This document shows positions 18,450-28,391 of a stretch of 64,000 bases of DNA, piece after piece. The notes under the pieces were generated by a model. That model was not told the origin of the DNA. It searched no databases and was given only the letters and a program-made list of their open reading frames with translations. Position 1 is the stretch's first letter; the number at the start of each line of letters is the position of its first letter. The position numbers and the translations under genes were made by a program. The stretch comes from Candidatus Dormiibacterota bacterium (GTDB taxonomy: Bacteria; Chloroflexota; Dormibacteria; CF-121), in contig DATBYO010000002.1 in assembly GCA_036513655.1 (NCBI GenBank), positions 12,246-76,245 of the forward strand, in the 5' to 3' direction.

Positions 18450-19042
18450 TCCCGGCGGTCGGTTACCGATTCTGGCGGGTCGACCCGGATGACGCCTGGA
18501 CACGCGGCCGGCTGCAATCGCCAGTGGCGGAAACCCTGTGGCCGCCGCTGGAGCGGCTGGACGCAGAATGTCAGACGCGTCCCGGCCTGCGCCTCGCCCG
18601 CGCGGGGTTGCACCGGCACGATCAGGAGCAGGTCTCGCCGGAGCCGGGTTGCAGTTGCGGCATCTACGCGTACCACGACATCGCCCCGATGACCCGGGCG
18701 CTGCGGGAAGAGCCCTACATGTTCGGGGGAGCGGTCCTGTGTTGGGGTCGGATCGTGATCCATCCCGAGGGCATGCGCGCGCAACACGCGCGGCCTCTCG
18801 CGCTCTGCCGGCCCGAAAGCCCTGGAGTGCAGCAACGCACGGCCGTCCTCCTCCGGGAGGTCACCAAAGAATACGCGATCCCGTTGCTCGAGCTCCGCGA
18901 CCTGGTGGCCTACGCCAGCGAGTTCGGGGCCAGCTACAAACCCGAGCCTCCGCCGCCGTCACGGCACGGTTTGGACCGCGTCCGACATGCGCTGTCGTGG
19001 CGTCAGATGATCCGCCGCCTGGGGAAAGCGGTCGGCGGGTAG
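18446..19042 (+). CDS. Hypothetical protein with conserved-looking Cys/His pattern (GYRFW...H...CSCGIYAY...WGRIVIHPEG)
   Basis: 198 aa with no family recognised. ATGA coupling to the upstream peptide gene. Confidence 0.6.
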   Translation: MIPAVGYRFWRVDPDDAWTRGRLQSPVAETLWPPLERLDAECQTRPGLRLARAGLHRHDQEQVSPEPGCSCGIYAYHDIAPMTRALREEPYMFGGAVLCWGRIVIHPEGMRAQHARPLALCRPESPGVQQRTAVLLREVTKEYAIPLLELRDLVAYASEFGASYKPEPPPPSRHGLDRVRHALSWRQMIRRLGKAVGG

Positions 19043-19118
19043 CCAGGCCGAGTCACCTACTGGCCTCGCTGACCTCGTAGATCTCGTTCGCACCGGCACG
19101 GCCGTCGAGCGATCATGT

Positions 19119-20024
19119 ATGCCGTCGCGGATTTCCCCGCCTGGCCCGTCATACCGGTGCATGCCGGACGGAGCCCCGACGCACCTCCTTCCCGGGCTGG
19201 ACTGGCTGGTCAAGCTCGGCTTCGGGATGATCCTGGCTTCGGCTGGTGTCCTGCTGATCCGCCCTCCGCGCCGGCGAGCGGTGCGCTTTGCGTTAGGCAT
19301 CTTCATCATCGAAGCCGGCGCCCTGGTCGCGATTCGCGGCATCGTGGCCGCGAGTACCTCGCACTGGTGGCAATACCTGATGCCGTTCGCGCTGGTGCTT
19401 GTCCCGGGAATCTTCATCGCGGTCGTCCTGACCCGCTTGCGGTGGTGGCGGCGCGTCGGCTTCACGCCGGTGCGTGAGTGGCGGGCGCCGCACCTGGCGA
19501 TTCCGCTGTTAGTGATGCTCGCCCTGCCCATCGTCGGCTTGTCGGGGCGAGGCATCATGGCGACGACCGCGCTGGTGGTCAGCCTGCAGGTCGGCTTCAT
19601 GCTGATCGACATCTTCATGGAGGAGGTCACCTATCGCGGCGTCATCCTTGAGGCGCTCGCCGGATTCAGTGATGGTTCGCGTGTGTTGCTCTCCGCCATC
19701 CTCTTCGGCCTGAGCCACATCGACAACCTCTTCCTTCCCGGCGCGGATGAGCTCGGCGTCGCTTATCAGATCTTCGAGGCGGCACTCGTGGGCATCCTCT
19801 TCGGTGCGGCGCGACTACGCATGAACACCATCTGGCCGGTGATGGCCGTGCACGCGATGTACGACTTCATGCTCATCCTGGCGTTCGGTCACGCCTTTCC
19901 GGTGGCACCCACCCTGCCCGGTTTTGCGGTGGACACCGTCGTCAACCTCGGGCTCGCCTGCGTCGGGTTGGCATTGCTCCGCCCGCGGCACGCCCGCAGG
20001 GCGGTCAGTGAGGAGGCGGCCTGA
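19119..20024 (+). CDS. CPBP family intramembrane metalloprotease (second paralog)
   Basis: Motifs EEVTYRG, FGLSH and HAMYD. The start is uncertain (GTG at 19119 or downstream ATG). Confidence 0.75.
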   Translation: MPSRISPPGPSYRCMPDGAPTHLLPGLDWLVKLGFGMILASAGVLLIRPPRRRAVRFALGIFIIEAGALVAIRGIVAASTSHWWQYLMPFALVLVPGIFIAVVLTRLRWWRRVGFTPVREWRAPHLAIPLLVMLALPIVGLSGRGIMATTALVVSLQVGFMLIDIFMEEVTYRGVILEALAGFSDGSRVLLSAILFGLSHIDNLFLPGADELGVAYQIFEAALVGILFGAARLRMNTIWPVMAVHAMYDFMLILAFGHAFPVAPTLPGFAVDTVVNLGLACVGLALLRPRHARRAVSEEAA

Positions 20025-20025
20025 G

Positions 20026-21150
20026 GTGAAACTGGGGCGTGGGCACGGCATCACCGTCGCGATCGGCGTCAGTGCGGTGCTCGCTTTCATCGATCTCCAG
20101 TGGTCCTTTACGCTCCACTACCGGCTCGCGCAGCCAGACTTCTTTGTCTACTACCTGGCCGCCCAGATCGGCCGGGTGCAGGGGTGGGCGGCGATGTACG
20201 ACCCCGCCGTCTTCCTGCCGCCGGTCACAGCTGCCATCGGCAAACCACTGCCGTATCTGAATCCGCCGGAACTCGCCTGGCTGGTGACGCCATTGAGCTT
20301 CCTCCCGTATTCCGTCGCCGGCTGGATCTGGACCGGGGTTCTGGCGGCCGCCTTTGGGCTGGTGTGGCACCTGGTCGCGCCCGGACGCGGGCTGATACAC
20401 CTCATTCACGGCGTGGCCGCCGCGGTCCTCCTGCCCGTCTTCGTCGGCGTCCTGTTCGGCCAGATCAGCCTGGTGATCGTTGCTGCCGTCGCCCTCTCAT
20501 GGTGGCTGGTCTCGCAGGGGCGCCCCTGGCTCGCCGGCCTGGCGCTCAGTGCGCTCATCCTGAAGCCGCAAATCGCCTTCCTGGTGCCGATCTCGCTTCT
20601 CCTCGCGGGGTACGGGCGTGTCTTCGTCGCGTGGCTCGCTGCCAGCCTGCCGCTCGCGATGCTGGCGCTACTGGCCACCGGCACCGCGGTGTTCCAGCAC
20701 GTGTTGCAGTCGCTCGATTTCGTCAAGGGCGTACCGGGACCGATCCAGTCTTCATTGCTCCGTCAGCTGCCCCTCCCGGTGGCGCTGATCGGAATCGCGG
20801 GGGTTTTAGGCATATCGGCGTTCGTCGTCTGGCGCGGGCGCGGTAACGGTCCTTCCGGTCCGATTGCCATCGGTCTGCTCAGCAGCCTTCTGGTCAGCCC
20901 GTACGCCAACTTTTACGACCTCTCGGCTCTTGTGCTGGCAGCCTGGCTCATCCTGCGCTTGAATCCGCCACGCTGGCAGCAGGCCGTTACCCTGGGCATG
21001 TACGCGCCCCTCTATGGGGCGCCCATCTGGCCAATCGTCACCCTGGCCTGTCTCTGTGGATGGCTCGTCAGCCTAACGGTTCTCAGCCTGCATGAGCCAC
21101 GCCGAGTCAGCGAGGCTGACAATCGGCTCATCGATCGACGATCGGCTTAA
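20026..21150 (+). CDS. DUF2029-family membrane glycosyltransferase (PimE/GT87-like mannosyltransferase)
   Basis: Multi-TM protein with PYANFYDLS and ILKPQIAFL. I place the start at the GTG immediately after the upstream stop; the upstream 34 aa of the track ORF overlap the previous gene. Confidence 0.7.
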   Translation: MKLGRGHGITVAIGVSAVLAFIDLQWSFTLHYRLAQPDFFVYYLAAQIGRVQGWAAMYDPAVFLPPVTAAIGKPLPYLNPPELAWLVTPLSFLPYSVAGWIWTGVLAAAFGLVWHLVAPGRGLIHLIHGVAAAVLLPVFVGVLFGQISLVIVAAVALSWWLVSQGRPWLAGLALSALILKPQIAFLVPISLLLAGYGRVFVAWLAASLPLAMLALLATGTAVFQHVLQSLDFVKGVPGPIQSSLLRQLPLPVALIGIAGVLGISAFVVWRGRGNGPSGPIAIGLLSSLLVSPYANFYDLSALVLAAWLILRLNPPRWQQAVTLGMYAPLYGAPIWPIVTLACLCGWLVSLTVLSLHEPRRVSEADNRLIDRRSA

Positions 21151-21152
21151 GC

Positions 21153-22823
21153 TTGCTGACCGGAATGAGTGTCGGCGCGGACGTCATCGTTGTCGGCGCA
21201 GGGCTCGCCGGACTGGTTGCCACGGCTGAACTCGCCGCTGCCGGTCGTCGCGTGATGCTGCTGGAGCAGGAACCCGAGCCCTGGCTCGGTGGGCAGGCCT
21301 TCTGGTCGTTTGGTGGCCTCTTCCTCGTCAACTCGCCCGAGCAGCGGCGGCTTGGCGTTCGCGATTCGCAGGAGCTGGCGCTGAAGGACTGGATAGCCAC
21401 GGCCGGTTTCGACCGGCAGGAAGACCATTGGCCGCAGAGATGGGCCGAGGCGTATGTGGCCTTCGCCGCTGGCGAAAAGAGGTCGTGGTTACGATCACAA
21501 GGGATCGGATTCTTTCCGGTTGTGGGCTGGGCGGAGCGAGGCGGGTACGGACCGGCTGGCCCGGGGAATTCGGTGCCGCGCTTCCATGTGACCTGGGGGA
21601 CCGGCCCTAGCGTGGTGGCGCCCTTCGAGCGGCGGGTGCGCGACGCAGCGGCTCGCGGGCTCGTCACCATCCTGTTCCGGCATCGAGTCGATGCGCTGAC
21701 CGTTACCCGTGGCGTCGTCGATGGGGTGCGCGGCGCGATCCTCGAACCGGGGTCGGTGGAGCGGGGGAGACCCAGTTCGCGTGTCCAGGTCGGGGAGTTC
21801 GAACTGCAGGCGCAGGCCGTCATCGTGACCTCGGGCGGGATCGGTGGCAGCCACGACCTCGTTCGCAAGAACTGGCCCGCACGGCTCGGAGAACCGCCGC
21901 GCCAGATGTTGACGGGGGTGCCCGCCCATGTCGACGGCCGCATGCTGGGGATCACGGAGACCGCCGGCGGGACTGTAATCAACCGCGATCGGATGTGGCA
22001 CTACGTCGAGGGCATTCAGAACTGGAGTCCGATCTGGCCAGACCACGGGATCCGCATCCTGCCCGGTCCTTCGTCGATGTGGTTCGACGCCCTTGGGAAT
22101 CGCCTGCCGGCGCCGCTCTTCCCCGGCTTCGACACGCTCGGCACGCTCGAGTACCTGAGGAAGACCGGCTTTGACTATTCGTGGTTCGTGCTGACCCAGC
22201 AAATCATCAAGCGCGAGTTCGCGCTTTCCGGGTCGGAGCAGAATCCCGACCTGACGAACAAGGACATTCGCCTGCTCGTACGGCGGGTGGTCTCGAAGTC
22301 CGGTCCGGCGCCGGTTGAGGCGTTCAAGGAACACGGTACCGACTTCATCGTCGCGAACAACCTCGGCGATCTCGTGCGCGGGATGAATGCCCTCACTGAC
22401 GAGCCCCGCCTCGACCCCGACACGTTGGAGCGCGAAATCATAACCCGCGACCGCGAGGTCAACAACGGTGTGACCCAGGACGCGCAGATCCTCGCGATTC
22501 GGGCGGCGCGACGCTACCTTGGTGATCGGCTGATCCGGGTCGCGACACCGCATCGACTCCTCGATCCAGCGGCGGGCCCACTGATCGCGGTGCGCCTCCA
22601 GATCCTGACCCGCAAGACGCTGGGCGGCCTTCAGACCGATCTGTCCGGGCGCGTCCTGCGATCCGACGGAACGCCGCTACCCGGCCTCTACGCCGCGGGC
22701 GAGGTCGCCGGCTTTGGGGGAGGAGGGATGCACGGCTACCGATCGCTGGAGGGCACCTTCCTGGGCGGCTGCCTGTTCTCTGGACGCACGGCCGGCCGAA
22801 CCGCGGCGGCTTCGGTGGCTTGA
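21153..22823 (+). CDS. FAD-binding dehydrogenase (fumarate reductase/succinate dehydrogenase flavoprotein-like)
   Basis: N-terminal dinucleotide-binding fold DVIVVGAGLAGLVAT and a C-terminal GEVAGFGGGGMHGYRSLEG motif. Confidence 0.75.
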   Translation: MLTGMSVGADVIVVGAGLAGLVATAELAAAGRRVMLLEQEPEPWLGGQAFWSFGGLFLVNSPEQRRLGVRDSQELALKDWIATAGFDRQEDHWPQRWAEAYVAFAAGEKRSWLRSQGIGFFPVVGWAERGGYGPAGPGNSVPRFHVTWGTGPSVVAPFERRVRDAAARGLVTILFRHRVDALTVTRGVVDGVRGAILEPGSVERGRPSSRVQVGEFELQAQAVIVTSGGIGGSHDLVRKNWPARLGEPPRQMLTGVPAHVDGRMLGITETAGGTVINRDRMWHYVEGIQNWSPIWPDHGIRILPGPSSMWFDALGNRLPAPLFPGFDTLGTLEYLRKTGFDYSWFVLTQQIIKREFALSGSEQNPDLTNKDIRLLVRRVVSKSGPAPVEAFKEHGTDFIVANNLGDLVRGMNALTDEPRLDPDTLEREIITRDREVNNGVTQDAQILAIRAARRYLGDRLIRVATPHRLLDPAAGPLIAVRLQILTRKTLGGLQTDLSGRVLRSDGTPLPGLYAAGEVAGFGGGGMHGYRSLEGTFLGGCLFSGRTAGRTAAASVA

Positions 22824-22845
22824 TCCCGGATCGTGTCCGGACCGT

Positions 22846-22880
22846 CATTAGCTATTTAGCAAATTAGCTAAAATAGATAC
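22846..22880 (+). promoter_or_regulatory. AT-rich palindromic operator/promoter island upstream of the ArsR operon
   Basis: CATTAGCTATTTAGCAAATTAGCTAAAATAGATA: two copies of ATTAGCTA, each containing the palindrome TAGCTA, set in an otherwise 68% GC context. Confidence 0.55.
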
Positions 22881-22883
22881 GAG

Positions 22884-23186
22884 ATGAGTGAGACCGCCGT
22901 TTTTCGGGCGCTGGCGGATCCCACCCGCCGTCAGATCCTCCAGTACCTCAAGACGGGCGAGCTGGCCGCGGGCGAGATTGTCGACCGGCTCCCAATCAGC
23001 GGGCCGTCCGTTTCCCGGCATCTTGCCATCCTCAAATCGGCCGGACTCGTGAATGAGCGCCGGGCGGGAAATCGCATCCTCTACCGCCTCGACGCCGACC
23101 GGCTCGCACTGACCGTCACCGATTTCATCAGCGCCGTCTGTCCCGCTCAGATCGTCCTGCGGCGCCGGGGGCGAGGCGCCCGATGA
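22884..23186 (+). CDS. ArsR/SmtB family transcriptional regulator
   Basis: LADPTRRQILQYL...ISGPSVSRHLAILKSAGLV. Confidence 0.85.
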   Translation: MSETAVFRALADPTRRQILQYLKTGELAAGEIVDRLPISGPSVSRHLAILKSAGLVNERRAGNRILYRLDADRLALTVTDFISAVCPAQIVLRRRGRGAR

Positions 23187-24133
23187 GGATCGCCATCACC
23201 GGTGGTACCGGTTTTGTCGGACGACACCTGGCGCGAGAGCTTGTTCGTGGCGGCCATGAGGTCGTCCTCGTGGCCAGAGGCGTTGATCGGCGCGATCCGA
23301 CGGTGGTCCAACTGCCAGGTGTCCGCACCGCCCAGGCCGGCCTGACGGATATTCAAGCCCTGCGGGATGCATTTGTCGGCTGCGACGCCATCGCCCACTG
23401 TGCCGGGATCAATCGTCAGATCGGCTCACAGACGTACGCCGCAGTGCATGTGGCGGGGACCGCCAACGTCGTGACCGCTGCCAAGGATGCCGGGGTCCCG
23501 AAGATCGTCATGTTGAGTTTTCTGCGAGCACGGCCCGCCTGCGGCTCGGGTTACCACGAGTCGAAATGGGCGGCTGAGGAGCTCGTTCGCAAGAGTGGCC
23601 TCGATTACACGATCGTGAAGGCGAGCATGACCTTCGGTCGGGGCGATCACATGCTCGACCATCTGAGCCACCTGCTCTACACAATGCCGATATTCGTGAC
23701 GGTGGGACTACGCGAGAAGGCGGTGCGACCGGTCGCTGTCCAGGATGTTGTGAAGGTCCTGATGGTTGCCGTGATCGAGAATCGGCTCTCGCGGAAAACG
23801 GTGGCGGTGATGGGGCCGGAGGCGGTTCGGCTGAGCGACGTGGCCCATCGGGTCGGTCTCCTGATCGGCAAACGCCTGCTGATCGTCCCAGCTCCGCCAG
23901 CCATTAATTACGCCGTGGCCCATGTCGCCGAGTGGTCGATGAAGGTTCCGCTGGCCTCAGTCGCGCAGGTCCGGATGCTGAACGAAGGATTGACGGAGCC
24001 GTGGGGGACCGTCGATTCGTTGCCGGACGACCTGATTCCTCGAACGCCCCTATCAGAAGATGTGCTTCGCGCTGGGCTGCCTCCAGCCGGACCATTCACG
24101 CGGGCCGACTTGCGCATACCGGGGGTGGTCTAA
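23183..24133 (+). CDS. NAD-dependent epimerase/dehydratase (atypical SDR, NmrA/NDUFA9-like)
   Basis: IAITGGTGFVGRHLAREL Rossmann motif. Overlaps the arsR stop by 4 nt. Confidence 0.75.
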   Translation: MRIAITGGTGFVGRHLARELVRGGHEVVLVARGVDRRDPTVVQLPGVRTAQAGLTDIQALRDAFVGCDAIAHCAGINRQIGSQTYAAVHVAGTANVVTAAKDAGVPKIVMLSFLRARPACGSGYHESKWAAEELVRKSGLDYTIVKASMTFGRGDHMLDHLSHLLYTMPIFVTVGLREKAVRPVAVQDVVKVLMVAVIENRLSRKTVAVMGPEAVRLSDVAHRVGLLIGKRLLIVPAPPAINYAVAHVAEWSMKVPLASVAQVRMLNEGLTEPWGTVDSLPDDLIPRTPLSEDVLRAGLPPAGPFTRADLRIPGVV

Positions 24134-24894
24134 TGTCCGACTTGTTCACCGTCGAGGCTGTGATCCGGCGCCGCCTGCTCGTCAACTTTCGGGTAAGACC
24201 CGACATCCTGGCGCAAACCCTGCCGTTGCCGTTCGAGCCACGATTGGTACGCGGTTGGGGCATGGCGGGGATTTGCCTCATCGGTCTCGGCGATTTGCGG
24301 CCGGGCGGAGTGCCCGCCGTCCTCGGCCTGCGGACGGAAAACGCGGCACACCGCATCGCCGTTGAGTGGAACGATGAAACTGGTCGGCGCCAGGGCGTCT
24401 ACATTCCCCGCCGCGACACGAACTCGGCAGTCGTGCGAGCCCTTGGGGGGCGCTTCTTTCCCGGCGTCTACCGCCAGGGGACCTTTTCGATCAATGAGGA
24501 CGAGGGCTTCGTCAGCGTTCGCGTGCACTCTGCCGACGGCCGGGCCAACGCCTTCGTGTCCGGACACGTCAGCGATCGCCTTGCCAAGGGCTCAATCTTT
24601 GAGTCTCTTGACGAAGCGTCCAAGTTCTTCGAAGTGGGCAGTCTTGGTTTCTCGCCGAGCGCAGACCCCAACCGTCTGGACGGGTTGGAGCTGGTGTCGA
24701 AATGGTGGAAGGTGCAGTCTCTTGAGGTCGAAACGGTCGAGTCAGCCTTCTTTGGTGATACGGTGCTGTTCCCGGCGGGGTCCATCGAGTTCGACTCGGC
24801 GCTCATCATGCGCGCGATACCGTGTCGTTGGGAATCCCACGGCCCGATCGAGCCGTCGCCCATCGTCGCTGTCGCTAGCGGCTTGCTCGGCTAG
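24134..24894 (+). CDS. DUF2071 family protein
   Basis: VNFRVRPDILAQTLPLPFEPRLVRGWGMAGICLIG matches the DUF2071 N-terminus. ATG overlaps the upstream stop (TAATG). Confidence 0.6.
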
Positions 24895-26315
24895 AGGACG
24901 AGGGCCATCGGGCTCTGCAGGAGGCGCTTAACTTCCTGCAGGAATTGCGCGGCGGTCACCCCATAAAAGACCCGGTGATCGACGGATAGCGTGACGCGCA
25001 TCCGCTTGCCGGGCACCACCCGGCCGTCTTTGACGACCGCCTTGTCTTCGATCGCGCCGATCGCCAGGATGCCCGAATCGGGCGGGTTGATGATTGCGGT
25101 GAACTGGTCGACGTCGTACATGCCGAGGTTGGAGATGCTGAAGGTATTGCCGAGGTAGTCCTGAGACGAGGCCTTGTTCGTGCGGGCGCGCTCGATCAGC
25201 TGCTTCGACTCTTTCGCGATCTCCTTGAGCGGCTTCTGGTCGGCGTTGCGCAGCACCGGCACGATCAGGCGGTCGGGAAGACCGACGGCGATCCCGATGT
25301 TGATGTCGCGCTTGCGCTCGATCCGGCCGTCAGCCCATGAGGCGTTGACCTCGGGGAATTTCGTCAGGGCCAGCGCTACCGCCTTGACGACCAGGTCATT
25401 GAGGCTGATCGCCTCCGACTTGTCGACCGCCTCGTTGAACATCTGGCGGAGGCGGACCGCGTCGTCCATGGCGATCTCGGACGTAACGTAGAAATGCGGC
25501 GCCGAGAACATGCTCTGGGCGAGCCGCATCGCAATCGTTGACTGCATCTTGGAGAGCTCGACCACTTCGACCTCACCGGTGGGACGCGCGGTGGGTTGCC
25601 GCGCCTCGCCTCTGGGAGCAACGGCGGTGGGTGCGCCGGCCGCCTGCGGTTGGGCCGTCTGCTGCGCCGCGGCCTCGACATCTTCTTTGGTGATCCGTCC
25701 GCCCGGGCCAGAGCCTTGTACGCGGCTCAGGTCGACGTCGTGTTCTTCGGCGAGGCGCCGGGCGACCGGGGAGACGCGCTGGCGCTCGCCATTTTCTTGC
25801 TGAGCCGGCCGGCGAATGACATTCAACGCGGCCTGCGCGGCGGCACCGACTTCGGTGCGGTCGTCGGGTCCGCCGTGCGGGTACTGTTCCCCGCCGGCAT
25901 CGGCGGCCGCCTGGGCGGTTGCCGCCACAGCGTTATCGGCCTGCGCGACGTGCGCTTCCGGCTTGGTCGCTTGCGGCTTTGGTGCTTCGGCGGTGGCGGG
26001 CTTGGGGCCTTGGGTCGGCTCGGCCGCTCCCGCCTGGCCCTGCGCGGCGGCCGGCTTGTCAGACTTGGCTGCCGGTTGGCCCTCGCCACCGATCTCGGCG
26101 ATGACGGCCCCGATGGGCGCACTTTCGCCTTCGGGAACGAGGATCTTGCTCAGCTTGCCGGAGGCGTAGGCCTCGACCTCAATGTTCGCCTTGTCGCTCT
26201 CGATCTCGACCAGCGGCTCGCCTTTGACGACCTGGTCACCCTCTTTCTTCAGCCAGCGCAGGATCTTGCCGGTCTCCATGGAGTCCGACAGCCGCGGCAT
26301 CTGGACGCTGGCCAT
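24891..26315 (-). CDS. 2-oxoacid dehydrogenase E2 component (dihydrolipoamide acyltransferase)
   Basis: Lipoyl domain (EIESDKANIEVEA), PSBD (SPVARRLAEEHDVDLSRVQGSGPGGRI) and a catalytic DHRVFYG motif. Confidence 0.9.
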   Translation of the reverse strand: MASVQMPRLSDSMETGKILRWLKKEGDQVVKGEPLVEIESDKANIEVEAYASGKLSKILVPEGESAPIGAVIAEIGGEGQPAAKSDKPAAAQGQAGAAEPTQGPKPATAEAPKPQATKPEAHVAQADNAVAATAQAAADAGGEQYPHGGPDDRTEVGAAAQAALNVIRRPAQQENGERQRVSPVARRLAEEHDVDLSRVQGSGPGGRITKEDVEAAAQQTAQPQAAGAPTAVAPRGEARQPTARPTGEVEVVELSKMQSTIAMRLAQSMFSAPHFYVTSEIAMDDAVRLRQMFNEAVDKSEAISLNDLVVKAVALALTKFPEVNASWADGRIERKRDINIGIAVGLPDRLIVPVLRNADQKPLKEIAKESKQLIERARTNKASSQDYLGNTFSISNLGMYDVDQFTAIINPPDSGILAIGAIEDKAVVKDGRVVPGKRMRVTLSVDHRVFYGVTAAQFLQEVKRLLQSPMALVL

Positions 26316-27295
26316 CAGTTCTTTCCGAGCAGTGCTCTGGCCGTCACGATCACGTCCGCCTTGCCCGGGAAAGCGATCTTCTCCAGCCGCTTGTTGTAGG
26401 GCGCCGGAACCTCGGCGGCGCCGATCCGCGCGACCGGCGCATCGAGGTAATCGAACGCCTCCTCATAGACGCGTGAGGCAATCTCCGAACCGACCCCGTA
26501 GGAGCGCCAGCCCTCTTCGACGGTGATCAGCCGGCTCGTCTTCTTGACCGACTCGATCACGGGCGCCATGTCGAGCGGCCGCAGCGCCCGCATGTCCACC
26601 ACCTCGGCGCTGATGCCTTCTTTCTCGAGCTCGCTGGCGGCGTCCATGGCGACGATCAGCATGCGCGAGTGCGCGCAGATCGTGATGTGCTCGCCGGGTC
26701 GTTTGACCTCATTCTTGTCAAGGGGCACCAGGTGCTCGCCGTCAGGGACCTCCCCCTTGACCGCGTAGGTGCCTTCGTTCTCGATGAACATCACCGGATT
26801 GTCGTCCCGGATGGCGGATTTCAGCATGCCTTTGGCGTCGGCCGGGGTGCCGGGCGCGACCACCTTCAGGCCGGGGACGTGCGCAAACCAGTTCTCGTGG
26901 CTGTGCGAGTGCTGCGCCCCCAGCTGGTGACCGCCGCCACCGGGCGTCCGGATCACGAGGGGGACCTTGGTTCCGCCACCGAACATGTAGCGGATGTGCG
27001 CCGCGGCATTGACCACCTGGTCCATCGCGACCATGATGAAGTTGACCGTCATCATCTCCGCGACCGGCCGCAGCCCTGACATCGCGGCTCCGATCGCGGT
27101 GCCGATGATGATCTCCTCGGCGATCGGTGTGTCGAGCACGCGCTTCTCGCCGAACTCCTTCATCAAGCCGCGCGTGACCTTGAATGATCCGTCGTAGAGG
27201 CCGATGTCCTCGCCGAGCAAAAACACCGATTCGTCGCGCTTCATCTCCTCGCGAAGCGCCTGGTTGAGGGCGTCGCGCATGGCAAGGACGGCCAT
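26315..27295 (-). CDS. 2-oxoacid dehydrogenase E1 component beta subunit (transketolase-like)
   Basis: 326 aa matching pyruvate/branched-chain E1 beta. Overlapping start/stop with the flanking operon genes. Confidence 0.9.
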   Translation of the reverse strand: MAVLAMRDALNQALREEMKRDESVFLLGEDIGLYDGSFKVTRGLMKEFGEKRVLDTPIAEEIIIGTAIGAAMSGLRPVAEMMTVNFIMVAMDQVVNAAAHIRYMFGGGTKVPLVIRTPGGGGHQLGAQHSHSHENWFAHVPGLKVVAPGTPADAKGMLKSAIRDDNPVMFIENEGTYAVKGEVPDGEHLVPLDKNEVKRPGEHITICAHSRMLIVAMDAASELEKEGISAEVVDMRALRPLDMAPVIESVKKTSRLITVEEGWRSYGVGSEIASRVYEEAFDYLDAPVARIGAAEVPAPYNKRLEKIAFPGKADVIVTARALLGKN

Positions 27296-28311
27296 CAGCT
27301 CGCCGCCTCGTCGGCGTAGACGTCGCGATAGAGATCCTTCGGGTCCGGGTCGGGACTCTGCTCCGCGAACTTCACCGCCTCCTCGACCTGGGCGGTGACC
27401 TCTTCATCGATCTTCTGGATCTCCTGGTCGTTGATCATCTTCTGCTTCTTCATGTACTCGCCGAGGCTGAGGATGCCGTCGCGGGTCTGCCATTCCTTGA
27501 TCTCTTCCTTGCCCCGGTAGGTATCCGGGTCGGACATCGAGTGACCGCGGTAGCGGTAGGTCACGCACTCGAGCAGGCTGGGCTCGTGTTTCTCGCGCGC
27601 CTGGGCCAGCAGCTGGTCGGTGATCCGGCGGACGGCCAACACGTCCATGCCGTCGACACGCTCGCCGGTCATGTCGTAGGCGCAGGCCTTCTTCCAGATC
27701 TCGGTGACGGCCGAGGCGCGGCTGACCGCCGTGCCCATGCCGTAGAGGTTGTTGACGCAGACGAAGACCATCGGCAAGTGCCAGAGCTTGGCGACGTTCA
27801 GCGACTCATGGAAGGCGCCGATGTTGGTCGCGCCATCGCCGAAGATGCTCATCACCACCTCGTCGGTGCCCTGATAGTTGATGGCGTACCCGCTCCCACA
27901 GGCGATCGGCAGGGCCTGGCCGACGATGGCATAGCCGCCATAGAAACGGTGCTCCTGGCTGAAGAGATGCATCGATCCGCCCCGGCCGTGCGATGTGCCG
28001 GTCTCCTTGCCGAAGAGCTCGGCCATCACCGCTTTCGGGTCGATCCCCTTGGCGATCGCGTGGCCGTGCTCCCGGTAGGTGCTGTAGACGTAATCCTTCG
28101 GCCGAAGTGCCGAGATCGTGCCGACGATGGTCGCCTCCTCGCCGATGTTGAGATGACAGAAGCCGCCGATCTTGGCCGCCTGGTACATCTCGGCGGTCTT
28201 CTCCTCGAAGCGCCGGATGAGCAGCATCTCACGGTAGAGCTTGAGCAGGGTTTCTCTGTCGGAAAGGGAAGCCTTCGAGCGGCTCTCGGCGGCTCGCTGC
28301 TCGACTTTCAT
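27295..28311 (-). CDS. 2-oxoacid dehydrogenase E1 component alpha subunit (TPP-dependent)
   Basis: TPP-binding GDGATNIG...N motif and the YRYRGHSMSDP phosphorylation-loop motif. Confidence 0.9.
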   Translation of the reverse strand: MKVEQRAAESRSKASLSDRETLLKLYREMLLIRRFEEKTAEMYQAAKIGGFCHLNIGEEATIVGTISALRPKDYVYSTYREHGHAIAKGIDPKAVMAELFGKETGTSHGRGGSMHLFSQEHRFYGGYAIVGQALPIACGSGYAINYQGTDEVVMSIFGDGATNIGAFHESLNVAKLWHLPMVFVCVNNLYGMGTAVSRASAVTEIWKKACAYDMTGERVDGMDVLAVRRITDQLLAQAREKHEPSLLECVTYRYRGHSMSDPDTYRGKEEIKEWQTRDGILSLGEYMKKQKMINDQEIQKIDEEVTAQVEEAVKFAEQSPDPDPKDLYRDVYADEAAS

Positions 28312-28391
28312 GACGGCTCCTGGGACCCGCGGGGGGAGAGTCGGTGCAAAACCCCCCTATTGTAGTGGCGGAGGGCGCAAATTCTGGAGCG

